NCBI GenBank assembly: GCA_020631955.1
Contig: JACKGL010000004.1
Span: 25,811-89,810, forward strand
Direction of reading: 5' to 3'
DNA from: Candidatus Nomurabacteria bacterium
GTDB taxonomy: Bacteria > Patescibacteriota > Minisyncoccia > Phycocordibacterales > UBA9973
DNA length: 64,000 bases
In this document: one piece after another, positions 20,622 through 30,900 of the stretch
Numbering within the stretch: the first letter of the stretch is position 1
Layout of the letters: every line of letters begins with the position of its first letter
Program-made: the position numbers and the translations under genes
The notes under the pieces: model-generated
Told to the model about the DNA's origin: nothing
The model's database searches: none
What the model saw: the letters and a program-made list of their open reading frames with translations, nothing else

Positions 20622-21389
20622 ATAATCCCCCACCCTCGTTCTTTTTATAGAGTATGCTAGGCCAGTACAGCCGAGTCTCTTTCCTATTTTCTCTGCTAAT
20701 ACTCTCATATATGCCCCGCTACCGCAGGTCACTCGTACTTTTACTATCTGAAATACCTCACTACCGTGCGATGATGCGAACTCATTCCATCCAGCCACGA
20801 TATCTTTCTGTCTAAAATCCCCTTTTACTTTTTGTATTCTACTTATATTCAAAGAAGCTATCTCTTCTCCTGTCATACTTTTGTCACTTATCACTTCTAT
20901 ACTGTGTATCTTCACTGTGTGTTTCGGAGACTTAAACACTTTCCCGAGTCTTGCTAGTAGAAACACTGGTTTACCTTCTATGGTCTTAGAAGAATATTTC
21001 GGATAGTGTTCTTCAAATTCTCCTATGCATTTTTGTATAGCTACAGATAGATCTTCTTTGTTTAAAATAAAATCTTTTTTCACAGACTGTATTTCTCCCA
21101 AGACATCACCAGTGTCTGTAGACACACCGAAAAGCACTTCCACTTCGTACTCTTTATCAAAAGAAAGATACTTTTCTTTTTCGTGAACTTTCTCTCCAGT
21201 CAAAACCAAAAGTAGTCCACTGGCCATAGGATCTAGCCGGCCAGCATATGTGGCTTTTTGTCCTTTAGGTATCACACCTTCTTCTTTGGCTCTTTCTATA
21301 CACTCTAGAGGTGTCTCGCCTTCTTGTTTTTGTAGTAGATACAAGTCTTTTTCCATCTGCACTATTATACCAAAGTCCTGATTTGCCAA
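20610..21389 (-). CDS. truB: tRNA pseudouridine(55) synthase
   Basis: GRLDPMASGLLLVLTGE catalytic Asp motif; C-terminal PUA-like region. Confidence 0.75.
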   Translation of the reverse strand: MANQDFGIIVQMEKDLYLLQKQEGETPLECIERAKEEGVIPKGQKATYAGRLDPMASGLLLVLTGEKVHEKEKYLSFDKEYEVEVLFGVSTDTGDVLGEIQSVKKDFILNKEDLSVAIQKCIGEFEEHYPKYSSKTIEGKPVFLLARLGKVFKSPKHTVKIHSIEVISDKSMTGEEIASLNISRIQKVKGDFRQKDIVAGWNEFASSHGSEVFQIVKVRVTCGSGAYMRVLAEKIGKRLGCTGLAYSIKRTRVGDYDLV

Positions 21390-21444
21390 ATAGTCTATAT
21401 CGTGTTATTATCAGATTAAATTAATAACCTCTAAAATTTTTATC

Positions 21445-21753
21445 ATGAAAAACAAGTTGTTCTTTACCCTTATGCTCATGCTGGTAGGAGTTTTTTTTCT
21501 CAACGGTTGTGACAAGTCTCTCGTTCCGCCGTTCCCCGCTACAGTATATGAATACCATGAAGATGGTGACTACTTTACTGGAGTGTGGGGCGAAGAAAAA
21601 TGGAGATTTCGTGGAGCCGATAAATGGATTCATGAAGATCTGAAAAGGTTGCTCACAAGCGAAACTGCCCCGGAAGAAGTGGATGTCCTGTGCACTTTGC
21701 ATAAAGATCCCTACGGGCACCTCCGCCACCTGAGCGTGGAAAGTATAGAGTAA
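21445..21753 (+). CDS. small lipoprotein (signal peptide + LNGC lipobox), GC-richer than its surroundings
   Basis: MKNKLFFTLMLMLVGVFFLNGC lipobox. Preferred over the antisense ORF 21421..21762 because of the signal peptide and the following plus-strand terminator. Confidence 0.5.
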   Translation: MKNKLFFTLMLMLVGVFFLNGCDKSLVPPFPATVYEYHEDGDYFTGVWGEEKWRFRGADKWIHEDLKRLLTSETAPEEVDVLCTLHKDPYGHLRHLSVESIE

Positions 21754-21765
21754 AACCAGCACGTT

Positions 21766-21797
21766 AAAAACGGAGCGCGGAGCGCTCCGTTTTTTTA
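21766..21797 (+). terminator. rho-independent terminator
   Basis: acggagcgcggagcgctccgt hairpin followed by ttttttt. Confidence 0.55.
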
Positions 21798-22478
21798 TTT
21801 CTTATTTTTCTTCCACTCCTCTATCTTCTTATGATCGCCAGAAAGTAGCACGGGTGGTACTTTGTATTTCTTACCTTTATACTCTAATACTTCCGGTCTA
21901 GTATAAAACTCTGACGAAGACACTCTCTCTTCTTCCAAGCTTTCCATCTTCCCGAGCACTCCTTTTATCTGTCTGGATACGCTATCTATCACTACCATAG
22001 CTGGCAGTTCTCCACCTGTGAGTACGTAGTCTCCTATGGAAAGCTTCTGTGTCTTAAATACTTTATCGATACGTGCATCTATACCTTCGTATCTACCACA
22101 TATGAGCACCAAGTCTGTATATTTTTTTGCAGTAGCTTTGGCGTATGAAGTGGTAAACTTCTTACCAGAAGGTACAAAGTTCACTATCTGTACTTTGGCA
22201 CCATTTTTTGCATTGGCCTTCTTTAGAGCTTTTTCTACCGCCTTTATCACAGGCTCAGCACGTATTATCATCCCAGGACCACCTCCAAAAGGTCTGTCGT
22301 CTACTATCTTCGAGATATTGCCGTCTGGCCACACTTTACGGTATTTACCCGTCACATAGTCACGAGGGTTGTAGAAATATATCTTTATTTTTTTGGCTTT
22401 TATGGCTTTCCCTATGATAGATTCGCGTAGATATGAGTCGAAGCTTTCTGGGAAAAGTGTGATGATATGGAAATTCAT
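21795..22478 (-). CDS. trmD: tRNA (guanine37-N1)-methyltransferase
   Basis: MNFHIITLFPESF..., PFGGGPGMIIRAEPV, SPOUT-fold TrmD hallmarks. Confidence 0.85.
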   Translation of the reverse strand: MNFHIITLFPESFDSYLRESIIGKAIKAKKIKIYFYNPRDYVTGKYRKVWPDGNISKIVDDRPFGGGPGMIIRAEPVIKAVEKALKKANAKNGAKVQIVNFVPSGKKFTTSYAKATAKKYTDLVLICGRYEGIDARIDKVFKTQKLSIGDYVLTGGELPAMVVIDSVSRQIKGVLGKMESLEEERVSSSEFYTRPEVLEYKGKKYKVPPVLLSGDHKKIEEWKKNKK

Positions 22479-22684
22479 ATATAAAGATTAGCATTTTTAG
22501 GGCTAAATATCATATTTGACAAGATATATGTAATATGATATAATATAAAAAAACCGAAGCTAAGACTGCTTCAGAGTGGGAAGATATCTCCATAGAGGAG
22601 TATCAAAAAATACATTTCGAGGTTGTATCACATGGTGATAACCTCTAAACAATGTAAAAGGCGACCCCGTAAGGTCGCCTTTTT

Positions 22685-22870
22685 TTATTTTAGAGCTTCA
22701 GCGTCTGCTTTTGATAGGAACTTGAACATGTTTCCTCCGCATTGTGCACATTTGCCTTTTGCTGAGTATCTGTTGTTTTTCTCCTCTACAGAAGGATTTT
22801 GCATAGTTTGCATTGTCGGTTTGTTGTTTGCGTCACGACATTTCATGCAAAGAGCTTTAAGTTCTGCCAT
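22685..22870 (-). CDS. small zinc-ribbon protein (two CxxC pairs)
   Basis: CMKCR...CAQCGG in 61 aa; hairpin/T-run immediately downstream at 22659..22687. Confidence 0.4.
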   Translation of the reverse strand: MAELKALCMKCRDANNKPTMQTMQNPSVEEKNNRYSAKGKCAQCGGNMFKFLSKADAEALK

Positions 22871-22915
22871 ATAAATACTTATTAAGGATAATGCCCATAT
22901 TATACCATAGCCTAG

Positions 22916-23311
22916 CTACAATTCACAGACTAGTTCACAGCTTAGGATACACTGCTGTGCATCTGGGTCATGCCGGCAAGGAGAGGCACATTCGTTGAAA
23001 ATACCCCCTATTTCCTCACAAACAGCCTTGTCTATGCCTCCACACTCTTTATATACATCATCATATACACCTCCGTTTTGCAGACAAAGGCCTTTCTCGT
23101 TTGAAGTACCACTTTCAGAAGTAGGACATGGAGCAAATTCACAGTCAGGTCCTACTCTTCCCACAGCGCTACCATCAGGACAAATAAGAGCTTCTTCGGT
23201 ACAAGCTACTATATCACCGTCTAAAGAAGGGTTGCCAGCTAAAAAGATAGAGTACACAAACATAACTGCTCCCAGGAGGATAAATATCATCGTTAAGTGC
23301 TGATTTTTCAT
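22916..23311 (-). CDS. secreted/membrane-anchored cysteine-rich protein
   Basis: N-terminal hydrophobic anchor followed by 14 Cys in ~100 aa. Confidence 0.4.
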   Translation of the reverse strand: MKNQHLTMIFILLGAVMFVYSIFLAGNPSLDGDIVACTEEALICPDGSAVGRVGPDCEFAPCPTSESGTSNEKGLCLQNGGVYDDVYKECGGIDKAVCEEIGGIFNECASPCRHDPDAQQCILSCELVCEL

Positions 23312-23392
23312 ACTTATATTTTAGCATTTTACTTTTCCAAAGCACTAGGTTATTCAGTATTTTGATGCTAGTCTAAAGAAAAACTTACAGTT

Positions 23393-24133
23393 ATGAATAT
23401 GTTCTTTATTTTTATAATACTGCATTGGTATTTGTCTTTATTCAGTCAGACATTTTTCCTTCACCGGTACGCAGCCCACAGTATGTTCACTATGAATCGA
23501 GGTTGGGAAAGATTCTTCTTCGTGTTCACTTGGCTCACTCAAGGAGCCAGCTACCTATCACCTGGCAAATACGGCGTGCTACACAGGTGGCATCATGAGT
23601 TCACGGACACTGAGGAAGACCCTCACTCCCCATCTTTCACTAAAGGACTTTTTGCCCTGATGTGGAAGACATACCATATCTATCAAGACATAGGTAAGAA
23701 CTGGCAAAGACCCGACAAACATAAGAAAAACCTTCCATCTTGGGATAGTTTTGAAATCTTTGCTGAAAGTATGATTTCGAGAATCAGTTGGGTAACATTG
23801 TACATAATGTTCTACATCCATTTTGCTACACAGTGGTGGATGTGGCTTTTCATTCCTATCACTATCCTGATGGGACCAGTGCATGGGGCAGTCATCAACT
23901 ACTTTGCCCACAAATATGGGTATAGGAACTTTGACACGGACGATACGTCTAGAAATTTTCTACCTGTAGATGTATTGATGCTTGGTGAGAGCTATCACAA
24001 CAACCACCACAAGTATATGGGCCGAAGCAATTTTGGCTACAAGTGGTGGGAAGTGGACCCAGTGTTCCCTATCATACTCCTTCTGGAGAAGATGGGGGTA
24101 ATAAAAAGAAAAACACTCGTAGTGCACGAGTGA
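23393..24133 (+). CDS. membrane fatty-acid (acyl-CoA/acyl-lipid delta-9-type) desaturase
   Basis: Three His boxes: HRYAAH, HRWHHEFTDTEEDPHSP, HNNHHKY. Confidence 0.7.
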   Translation: MNMFFIFIILHWYLSLFSQTFFLHRYAAHSMFTMNRGWERFFFVFTWLTQGASYLSPGKYGVLHRWHHEFTDTEEDPHSPSFTKGLFALMWKTYHIYQDIGKNWQRPDKHKKNLPSWDSFEIFAESMISRISWVTLYIMFYIHFATQWWMWLFIPITILMGPVHGAVINYFAHKYGYRNFDTDDTSRNFLPVDVLMLGESYHNNHHKYMGRSNFGYKWWEVDPVFPIILLLEKMGVIKRKTLVVHE

Positions 24134-24142
24134 ATAGTAAAT

Positions 24143-24178
24143 AAAAAACCGCGGAGATACCTCCGCGGACTTTTTATT
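24143..24178. terminator. rho-independent terminator (bidirectional hairpin)
   Basis: ccgcggagatacctccgcgg flanked by A-run and T-run. Confidence 0.55.
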
Positions 24179-24210
24179 ACTCTTTGGATAGATAAGAGTA
24201 TGTATCAAAT

Positions 24211-24519
24211 TTAGATTCCTTTCAAATCTTCCATTGCAGCGTCTACTGATGAAGCCTCTACTGATTTCTTTCCTCCTTCTGGCTCATCAATCTTTAGATT
24301 GACACGTGCATTGTTCTTCATACCAATCACACGAAGTAGAGTACGGATAGCCTTGGCAGTATTACCTTGGCGACCGATTATTTTACCCATATCGTCTGGA
24401 TTGACTGAAAGAGTAAGTAGTACACCCATTTCGTCTACGTCACGTTTCACAGACACTGCGTCTGGACTGTCTACGAGAGACTTAACAATGTACTCTAGAA
24501 ATTCTTGATCTCTTTCCAT
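24211..24519 (-). CDS. khpA: KH-domain RNA-binding protein (KhpA/YlqC-like)
   Basis: GKIIGRQGNTAKAIRTLL is a KH GxxG motif; position between rpsP and trmD matches the conserved cluster. Confidence 0.6.
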   Translation of the reverse strand: MERDQEFLEYIVKSLVDSPDAVSVKRDVDEMGVLLTLSVNPDDMGKIIGRQGNTAKAIRTLLRVIGMKNNARVNLKIDEPEGGKKSVEASSVDAAMEDLKGI

Positions 24520-24610
24520 CGGAACAAACCTATTCTTCTAAACCTTCGCAGCACGACCGAATAACTGCATGTAGAAAATATTAACACAGAAATATGTAAC
24601 GAGCAATTAG

Positions 24611-25438
24611 CTAGAAGTATTTACTTTGATCTCCAAACCTTCCGGTCTTTTTTTCTGCTTCTCTTAGCTGTACAATGTTTTCATCAATAAGACGAGCAAG
24701 TCTGTCTATTTTTTTATAAATCTCATTTAATTCTCCTTCAGTCTTGTACAAGGTTTTTTCTTTTATGGCATTTTCAATATTGTCTTTAAATACTTCAAAC
24801 TCTTTAGCAAAAACATCTTTTCCGTTATCTTCATACAAACTCAATGATTTGATTTTTTCATAAAAATCAGCCACTTCTGGTATACCAGAGTTTTTCATAA
24901 TTACATATTCTCTAAAATTATTTAGTGTGCTGTGATCTTGTAGTTTAGCTCTATTTGGTTCTTTTGATGAACCAAAATATGAGACCATGGAATCTTTGAT
25001 TTGTCTGTATTCGGGAGCTATATTATTCTGGATCCTGTTTAGCTCGTGTGTAAGCATATCTATACGAGCTGCGTACACTTCCTCAGGTTTTGGATCTAGA
25101 TCATAATCCTTTCTCAAAGTTTCTATAGTTTCTCTTATTTCCTTGTCGCCTTCTAGTATTTCTTCTCTGACCTTTTGCATTCTTTCTTCTGTCACACCTT
25201 GGAGTCTTATTTTATCTTCCAGCTGACGCGCGTGATCAAAATAATCTTGTCTTTGTTTTTTAAGTTCTTCTATTTGTTTTTTTACCTCTTCAATCTTAGC
25301 AAATTTCTCTTCTAGTGAAAGTGCGTCTAATGGACTTGTCTCCTCTTCGACTACTACTTCAACATCTTTTTGTGCAAGACTAGGTGAAACTGGTGGTTCT
25401 TCTTTTTTGGGTGGTCTATTAAAAAAATTCATTATCAT
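24611..25438 (-). CDS. hypothetical coiled-coil protein
   Basis: Charged, heptad-like sequence; no catalytic motifs. Confidence 0.4.
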   Translation of the reverse strand: MIMNFFNRPPKKEEPPVSPSLAQKDVEVVVEEETSPLDALSLEEKFAKIEEVKKQIEELKKQRQDYFDHARQLEDKIRLQGVTEERMQKVREEILEGDKEIRETIETLRKDYDLDPKPEEVYAARIDMLTHELNRIQNNIAPEYRQIKDSMVSYFGSSKEPNRAKLQDHSTLNNFREYVIMKNSGIPEVADFYEKIKSLSLYEDNGKDVFAKEFEVFKDNIENAIKEKTLYKTEGELNEIYKKIDRLARLIDENIVQLREAEKKTGRFGDQSKYF

Positions 25439-25505
25439 AAGTCTTATTGTTTAATATACTAATAATCCAATTATATAAAATAAAACACCTGGGTGTCCAG
25501 GTGGT

Positions 25506-25802
25506 CTATTTTTCTTTTCTTTTTTTAGTAGGAGATTTTTTAGGAAGGACGTTTTTCTTCTTTCCATCCACTATTCCCTCTTTGACAAGGAAGTTGTGAA
25601 CTGTGTCTGATGTTTGTACTCCTTGTGAAAGCCAGTATGATACTCTATCTTTCTCTAGTCCTATCTTACCTTCCTTTGGATCGTAGTTACCTAGTATCTC
25701 TAAAAACTTTCCGCTTTTTGCCGCGTTTGTTGATTCGGTCACTACAAATCTAAATTTGGAGTCCTTCTTTCTTCCTGTTCTTTGTAATCTAATTGTTAGC
25801 AT
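25506..25802 (-). CDS. rpsP: 30S ribosomal protein S16 with Lys-rich C-terminal tail
   Basis: MLTIRLQRTGRKKDSKFRFVVTES; start set at internal Met. Confidence 0.8.
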   Translation of the reverse strand: MLTIRLQRTGRKKDSKFRFVVTESTNAAKSGKFLEILGNYDPKEGKIGLEKDRVSYWLSQGVQTSDTVHNFLVKEGIVDGKKKNVLPKKSPTKKRKEK

Positions 25803-25903
25803 GGAAAAGATACTACCATATAATACATACATATGCAATAGACCTAAAAGGGTAAATTATTCTTTAAAATAAGGGCGATTTCTGATATAATCTGGTTATA
25901 AAA

Positions 25904-27913
25904 ATGAGTAAAAAAAGACCCCAAAAACAGTATTCCGGGAAGAAAAATAACAAAGGCTCCTACAACAAATCCCAAAAAGACCAAAAAAGTAGATATATAT
26001 TTGGTACTGTAAGTATGAACAGTAAGGGTGTTGGGTATGTGGCTATAAAAGAAGACGACCCTAGAGAAAAGCATATAGTCATAGATCCTACTTTCCTAAG
26101 AACAGCTTTACATGGGGACAAGGTAAAAGTCCTACTTCATCCCAAGACTCCTCGCCGCCAACGTACCGGAGAAGTCGTAGAAATACTAGAGAGGAAAAAG
26201 ACTGTATTTTCAGGTACATGTATTTTCAGAGATGGCATATGTGAAATAAAACCAAAAGATAGAAAAATGTACACATCTATAATGATACCGGAAAAGTTTC
26301 GCAACGACGCAGAAGATGATGACAAAGTGATGGTAGAAATCGTCTCTTGGAAAAATGAACACGAGCCTCCTGTGGGTAAAGTGCTAAAAGTACTAGGTAA
26401 AACAGGAGAACACGAAGCTGAGATGCAAGCCATAGTAGAAGAATGGGGTTTTGTACTAGACTTCCCTGATGAAGTTATAGATGAAATAAAAGAGATAAAT
26501 AAAAAGAAAGACTACATCTTAGAGGCTGATGCATCGCACAGAGAAGATTTTAGAAAAGTTACCACCTTTACTATAGACCCCTTTGACGCCAAAGACTTTG
26601 ACGACGCTCTGTCTGTAAGAAAAATAGATGGTGACTTTTATGAGATAGGCATACACATAGCTGACGTATCTTTTTTCGTAAGACCTGGAACACACTTAGA
26701 TGATGAAGCTTATAAAAGAGCCACTTCAGTATACCTGGTAGACAGAACCATACCCATGCTCCCACTAGAACTATCCACAGACCTATGTAGCTTAAACGAA
26801 GGTGTGGACCGTCTCACTATGAGTGCCATTATAGAAATAGACACTTCAGGTCATATAAGAAAATCCAAGTTTGCAGAATGTGTAATAAATTCTGACAAAA
26901 GATTTACGTATGAAGAAGCTCAAAAAGTACTCGACACTAGTAATGGTCCTTTTCTTGAAGAGCTGAGCGTGCTACGAAGCATAGGTGAAAAACTCAGACA
27001 AAAAAGAAAGAAGGACGGGGCTCTCATGCTAGAAGGAGAGGAAGTGAAGTTTGTGTTGGATGAAAAAAAATTCCCTATAGACATAAAAATAAAAGTGCAC
27101 CAAGACACAAACCATCTTATCGAGGAGTTCATGCTACTTGCAAACGAAGAAGTGACAAAATGGGCTGAAGAAAAAATAAAAAAAGGGCTTATAGACACTT
27201 TTATATATCGTGTTCACCCTTATCCTGATAGTATCAAAATAGAAAAACTCAAAAACTTCCTAGGGGGTATGGGTTACACTGTGAAGCTAGACAAAGAAGG
27301 TCTTATTCCCTCTTCTTTCTTAAACCACACAGTAGAGGAAGCACCTTCTCATCCTATAAAAGACGCACTCACTAGTATGATCACTAGGTCTATGGCCAAA
27401 GCTTACTACACAGTGAGCAACTTAGGTCACTATGGACTAGCAAAAGATTTTTACACTCATTTCACTTCTCCGATAAGAAGATACCCAGACCTCATAGTCC
27501 ATAGAATAGTCAGAAGCATCCTAAGACAAACCAATAAAAAAGATCAGAGGGCTGAATACTTAGACATATGTGAACAATCTTCAGCTAGAGAAAAAGACGC
27601 TCAACAAGCAGAAAGAGAGTCTATAAGATACAAGCAAGTAGAGTACATGAGTGTCAGAATAGGCGAAAAATTTGACGGAGCCATAACTGGTATCACAGAA
27701 TGGGGTCTTTATGTGGAAGAAGAAAAAAGCTTGGCTGAAGGACTTATCAGACTGCCAGAAATATCTAAAGATGAAAACTTTGTGTTCGACGAAAAACACC
27801 TTACTCTGACTGGAGAAAAGACTAAAAAGGTGTATAGGATCGGCGATAAAGTACAGATATTGGTAGCTGGTGTAGATCTAGAAAAAGCTTATATTGACTA
27901 CAACATCATCTAG
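25904..27913 (+). CDS. rnr: ribonuclease R / exoribonuclease II family
   Basis: RNB catalytic block (IDPFDAKDFDDALSV..., HIADVS), cold-shock-like N-terminus, C-terminal S1 domain. Confidence 0.85.
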   Translation: MSKKRPQKQYSGKKNNKGSYNKSQKDQKSRYIFGTVSMNSKGVGYVAIKEDDPREKHIVIDPTFLRTALHGDKVKVLLHPKTPRRQRTGEVVEILERKKTVFSGTCIFRDGICEIKPKDRKMYTSIMIPEKFRNDAEDDDKVMVEIVSWKNEHEPPVGKVLKVLGKTGEHEAEMQAIVEEWGFVLDFPDEVIDEIKEINKKKDYILEADASHREDFRKVTTFTIDPFDAKDFDDALSVRKIDGDFYEIGIHIADVSFFVRPGTHLDDEAYKRATSVYLVDRTIPMLPLELSTDLCSLNEGVDRLTMSAIIEIDTSGHIRKSKFAECVINSDKRFTYEEAQKVLDTSNGPFLEELSVLRSIGEKLRQKRKKDGALMLEGEEVKFVLDEKKFPIDIKIKVHQDTNHLIEEFMLLANEEVTKWAEEKIKKGLIDTFIYRVHPYPDSIKIEKLKNFLGGMGYTVKLDKEGLIPSSFLNHTVEEAPSHPIKDALTSMITRSMAKAYYTVSNLGHYGLAKDFYTHFTSPIRRYPDLIVHRIVRSILRQTNKKDQRAEYLDICEQSSAREKDAQQAERESIRYKQVEYMSVRIGEKFDGAITGITEWGLYVEEEKSLAEGLIRLPEISKDENFVFDEKHLTLTGEKTKKVYRIGDKVQILVAGVDLEKAYIDYNII

Positions 27914-27952
27914 TCGTGATATAATATTGCTATATTAATATAAGTTAGTGTT

Positions 27953-30900
27953 ATGAATTCTGAAATCAATCTAAAGGACCCAAAATGGGATTCCTTAAAG
28001 GCAATATTTTTTATAGGTATAGTCGTGGTAGCTGGAATGTTTGCGGTATCAAAGTCTTCCTTAAGAGACGCGATACTTCCAGGAATGGTAGATCCTCTAA
28101 ACTCAGTAGGTATGAGTGTGGACATTTACTCAGTACCAGGCACACAAAAAGTGGAGAAAGATATCTATGGTGTAGCTCTAGCTAAATACTGGGACGAAAT
28201 AGGCCCTTGGGGTGATAACGACATAGAAAATGCTCTGGAAGAACTGGACCTAAACTCCATAAGAAATGTAGGAGGTCTCGTAAAATACCAAAGAGTCTGG
28301 CTCTCGGATGAACAGGTCGCCGAACTTCTAACAGAAGACGAACAGATGGCTCTTTTACCTGGCAATGAAGTCAGAGGATTTGGATATATTATAGCAGACA
28401 GAATATCAGAAGAAGCTGCGGGTAATGAAGGTGAAGTAGCAGAAATAACGGAACCAAAACCAAAATACGATAACTTATCATATCTGGAAGGGTATCAAAA
28501 TTCATATCCTCATAACTTTATCCACGATATAGTCAGCATAGCAAATGTATCTGACGCCACAGTTTCATATACTATAAACATTAACTACGGGACACCCGAG
28601 GAAGCAGCTCAGCAAGTAGCTTTTCTTATAGACCAAGGTGTAAATCTAAAATACGTAGAAATGGGAAATGAAGTATATTCCAAAGGAAATAAATATTATA
28701 TAAACGGAAACCCTCTCATTACAGCTCCTATATCTGTAGCATCATACATCGAAGACGCAAACGAATTTAGATCAGCTATAGCTGCCGTAGCCCCTAACGT
28801 AAAATTTGCATTAGTAGCTGCTCCCAAAAAAGGTTTTGAAGAAGCCGCAGAAGGTTTTGATTCTGATGGTGATTTCAACACACAATGGAATATAGCTCTA
28901 AACGAAGCGATGAATGCAAATGGATACGACACATACATCATGCATTTCTATCATGGATTTTTTACCTGTAGTGATATATTCACATCTATGCAAAGAGACG
29001 ACATATTTAACTGTTCTAAAGGAGAGCTAGATGATTTCGACAACCCTTCTCCACTACCTAACCTAGCCACTGCTATGCCGCCAATATATGACTACTACCA
29101 TGACACTTTCTCAGATAAAAACATGATCATTACTGAATGGAACATAAACCAAGACTCTACTCGGACAAACTCTACACTAGCCAACTCCATATTACACGCC
29201 GCCTTCACAGGTCAATTCCTAAACCTCATAAATGACGCAAACTTCCGACATGGGAATTTTATAAAACTAGCTAGTTATCATACATTTGCTACTGACGGTG
29301 GTAATGCGATGATAAGTAAAAGAACCACATCTAACAACGAAGCTCTAACCGAACCAGAAGATATAGGAAATTTTGTAAGACGCACACCTTATTTTGCGAT
29401 GAAGTCTATGAAGAATATATTCAAAAATGACTACACACCAGCGCAGTACAATGTTAATTTTACTGAAGACGCAGAAGAGTTTGGTCAGGATATATTTTTC
29501 TATACTTACAAATCCCCTAGCGGAAATATAGCTATATTCGTATCAAACCTTTCAAACAAGACACTTAGGTTTTCTGAAATCAGTCTAGACGGTCAAAATG
29601 TAGATTTGTACAATTCCGCTTCATACATAGAGTATATAGACGGCAATAATAACTATTACAGTTTAGGTACTACAGAATTTGAAAAAAACCCTGGACTAGA
29701 TGCCAATGTAGTAGAAGAGAGATTTAAGAGGACTTCAAATCTATACATACCGGCATATGGAGTAGGTACTGTATATATAACACCAAAGTATGCACAAGAA
29801 GCTAGCTCAGATAATCCTAGTCCAGATAACAATCAAATATATACTTCAGAAATAATAACCTACGCTACCACTAACGCAGGAACAAATCTGATGTTCGAAT
29901 TCTCCAAACCAGAAGATGCACAAAATCCACTACCTGTAGTAGTAGCACTGCACGGTGGAGCTTTTGGACCAGGTGGATTAAATGTGCTAGATGGATATAT
30001 TTCAGACTTTACAGGCGCTGGCTATGCTACAGTAGAGGCTTCATACAGATCACTTTCCGAAGGCACTTTCCCTGCACAAGTACAAGATATAAAAGGACTC
30101 ATAAGATATCTAAGAGCAAACTCAGCCACTTTAGGTATAGACCCAAACAAAATAGCTGTTTTAGGCACTTCATCTGGAGGAATGATCATGAATACTGTAG
30201 GGTTTAGTGCAGATGAACCAAGTCTAGAAGGTACCACAGGAGGTAATACTGGTTTTTCTAGTAGACCAAATGCCATTATAAACTTATTTGGTTCAGTCGA
30301 CCCTGCCAATCCTTTCAATCTAAAAGAAAGTATAGTGACTATATTTAAAGAATACGCTGGATGTGAATCCAATGATCCATGCACAGGTATAAACATAGCA
30401 GTAGCAGCTAACTATGCAGATGCAGGAGATCCACCTATACTTACATTACATGGAGAGGAAGATGATTCGGTATATATAGAAAACTCATACGCGATACACC
30501 AAATATTCAACGAACAAAATATACAAAACGCACTCATCACACTTCCTGGTGTCGGACACGACAAAGAAGCGGTTTTAGACCAAGAAATGGAAGCAATAAT
30601 AGACTTTCTGGATACTACACTTTATGAAAGTGACAGCTTCGACTTCGATGATTATCAAATAGAATTCTCAGAGAATGATGAATACGAAATATTAGGACCC
30701 GGACTTGATAACTGGACAATGTGTATAAACGGAAACGAAAAACATAACAAATACAACAGTCTTTATGAAGGCGCACCGTTACCAATAACTCTCAAAGTAC
30801 ATTCTTACCCAGAAGGAGAAGTGGTGTATCAAGTAAATGACTTAACAAATCATAATACAATCCTCAATAACCATCTAATACACGGGCAAGAATACACACT

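Noticed and set aside
21421-21762. 113-aa minus-strand ORF antisense to the lipoprotein gene
   Set aside because: The plus-strand frame has a textbook signal peptide and lipobox and is followed by a plus-strand terminator. The minus-strand frame has no features.
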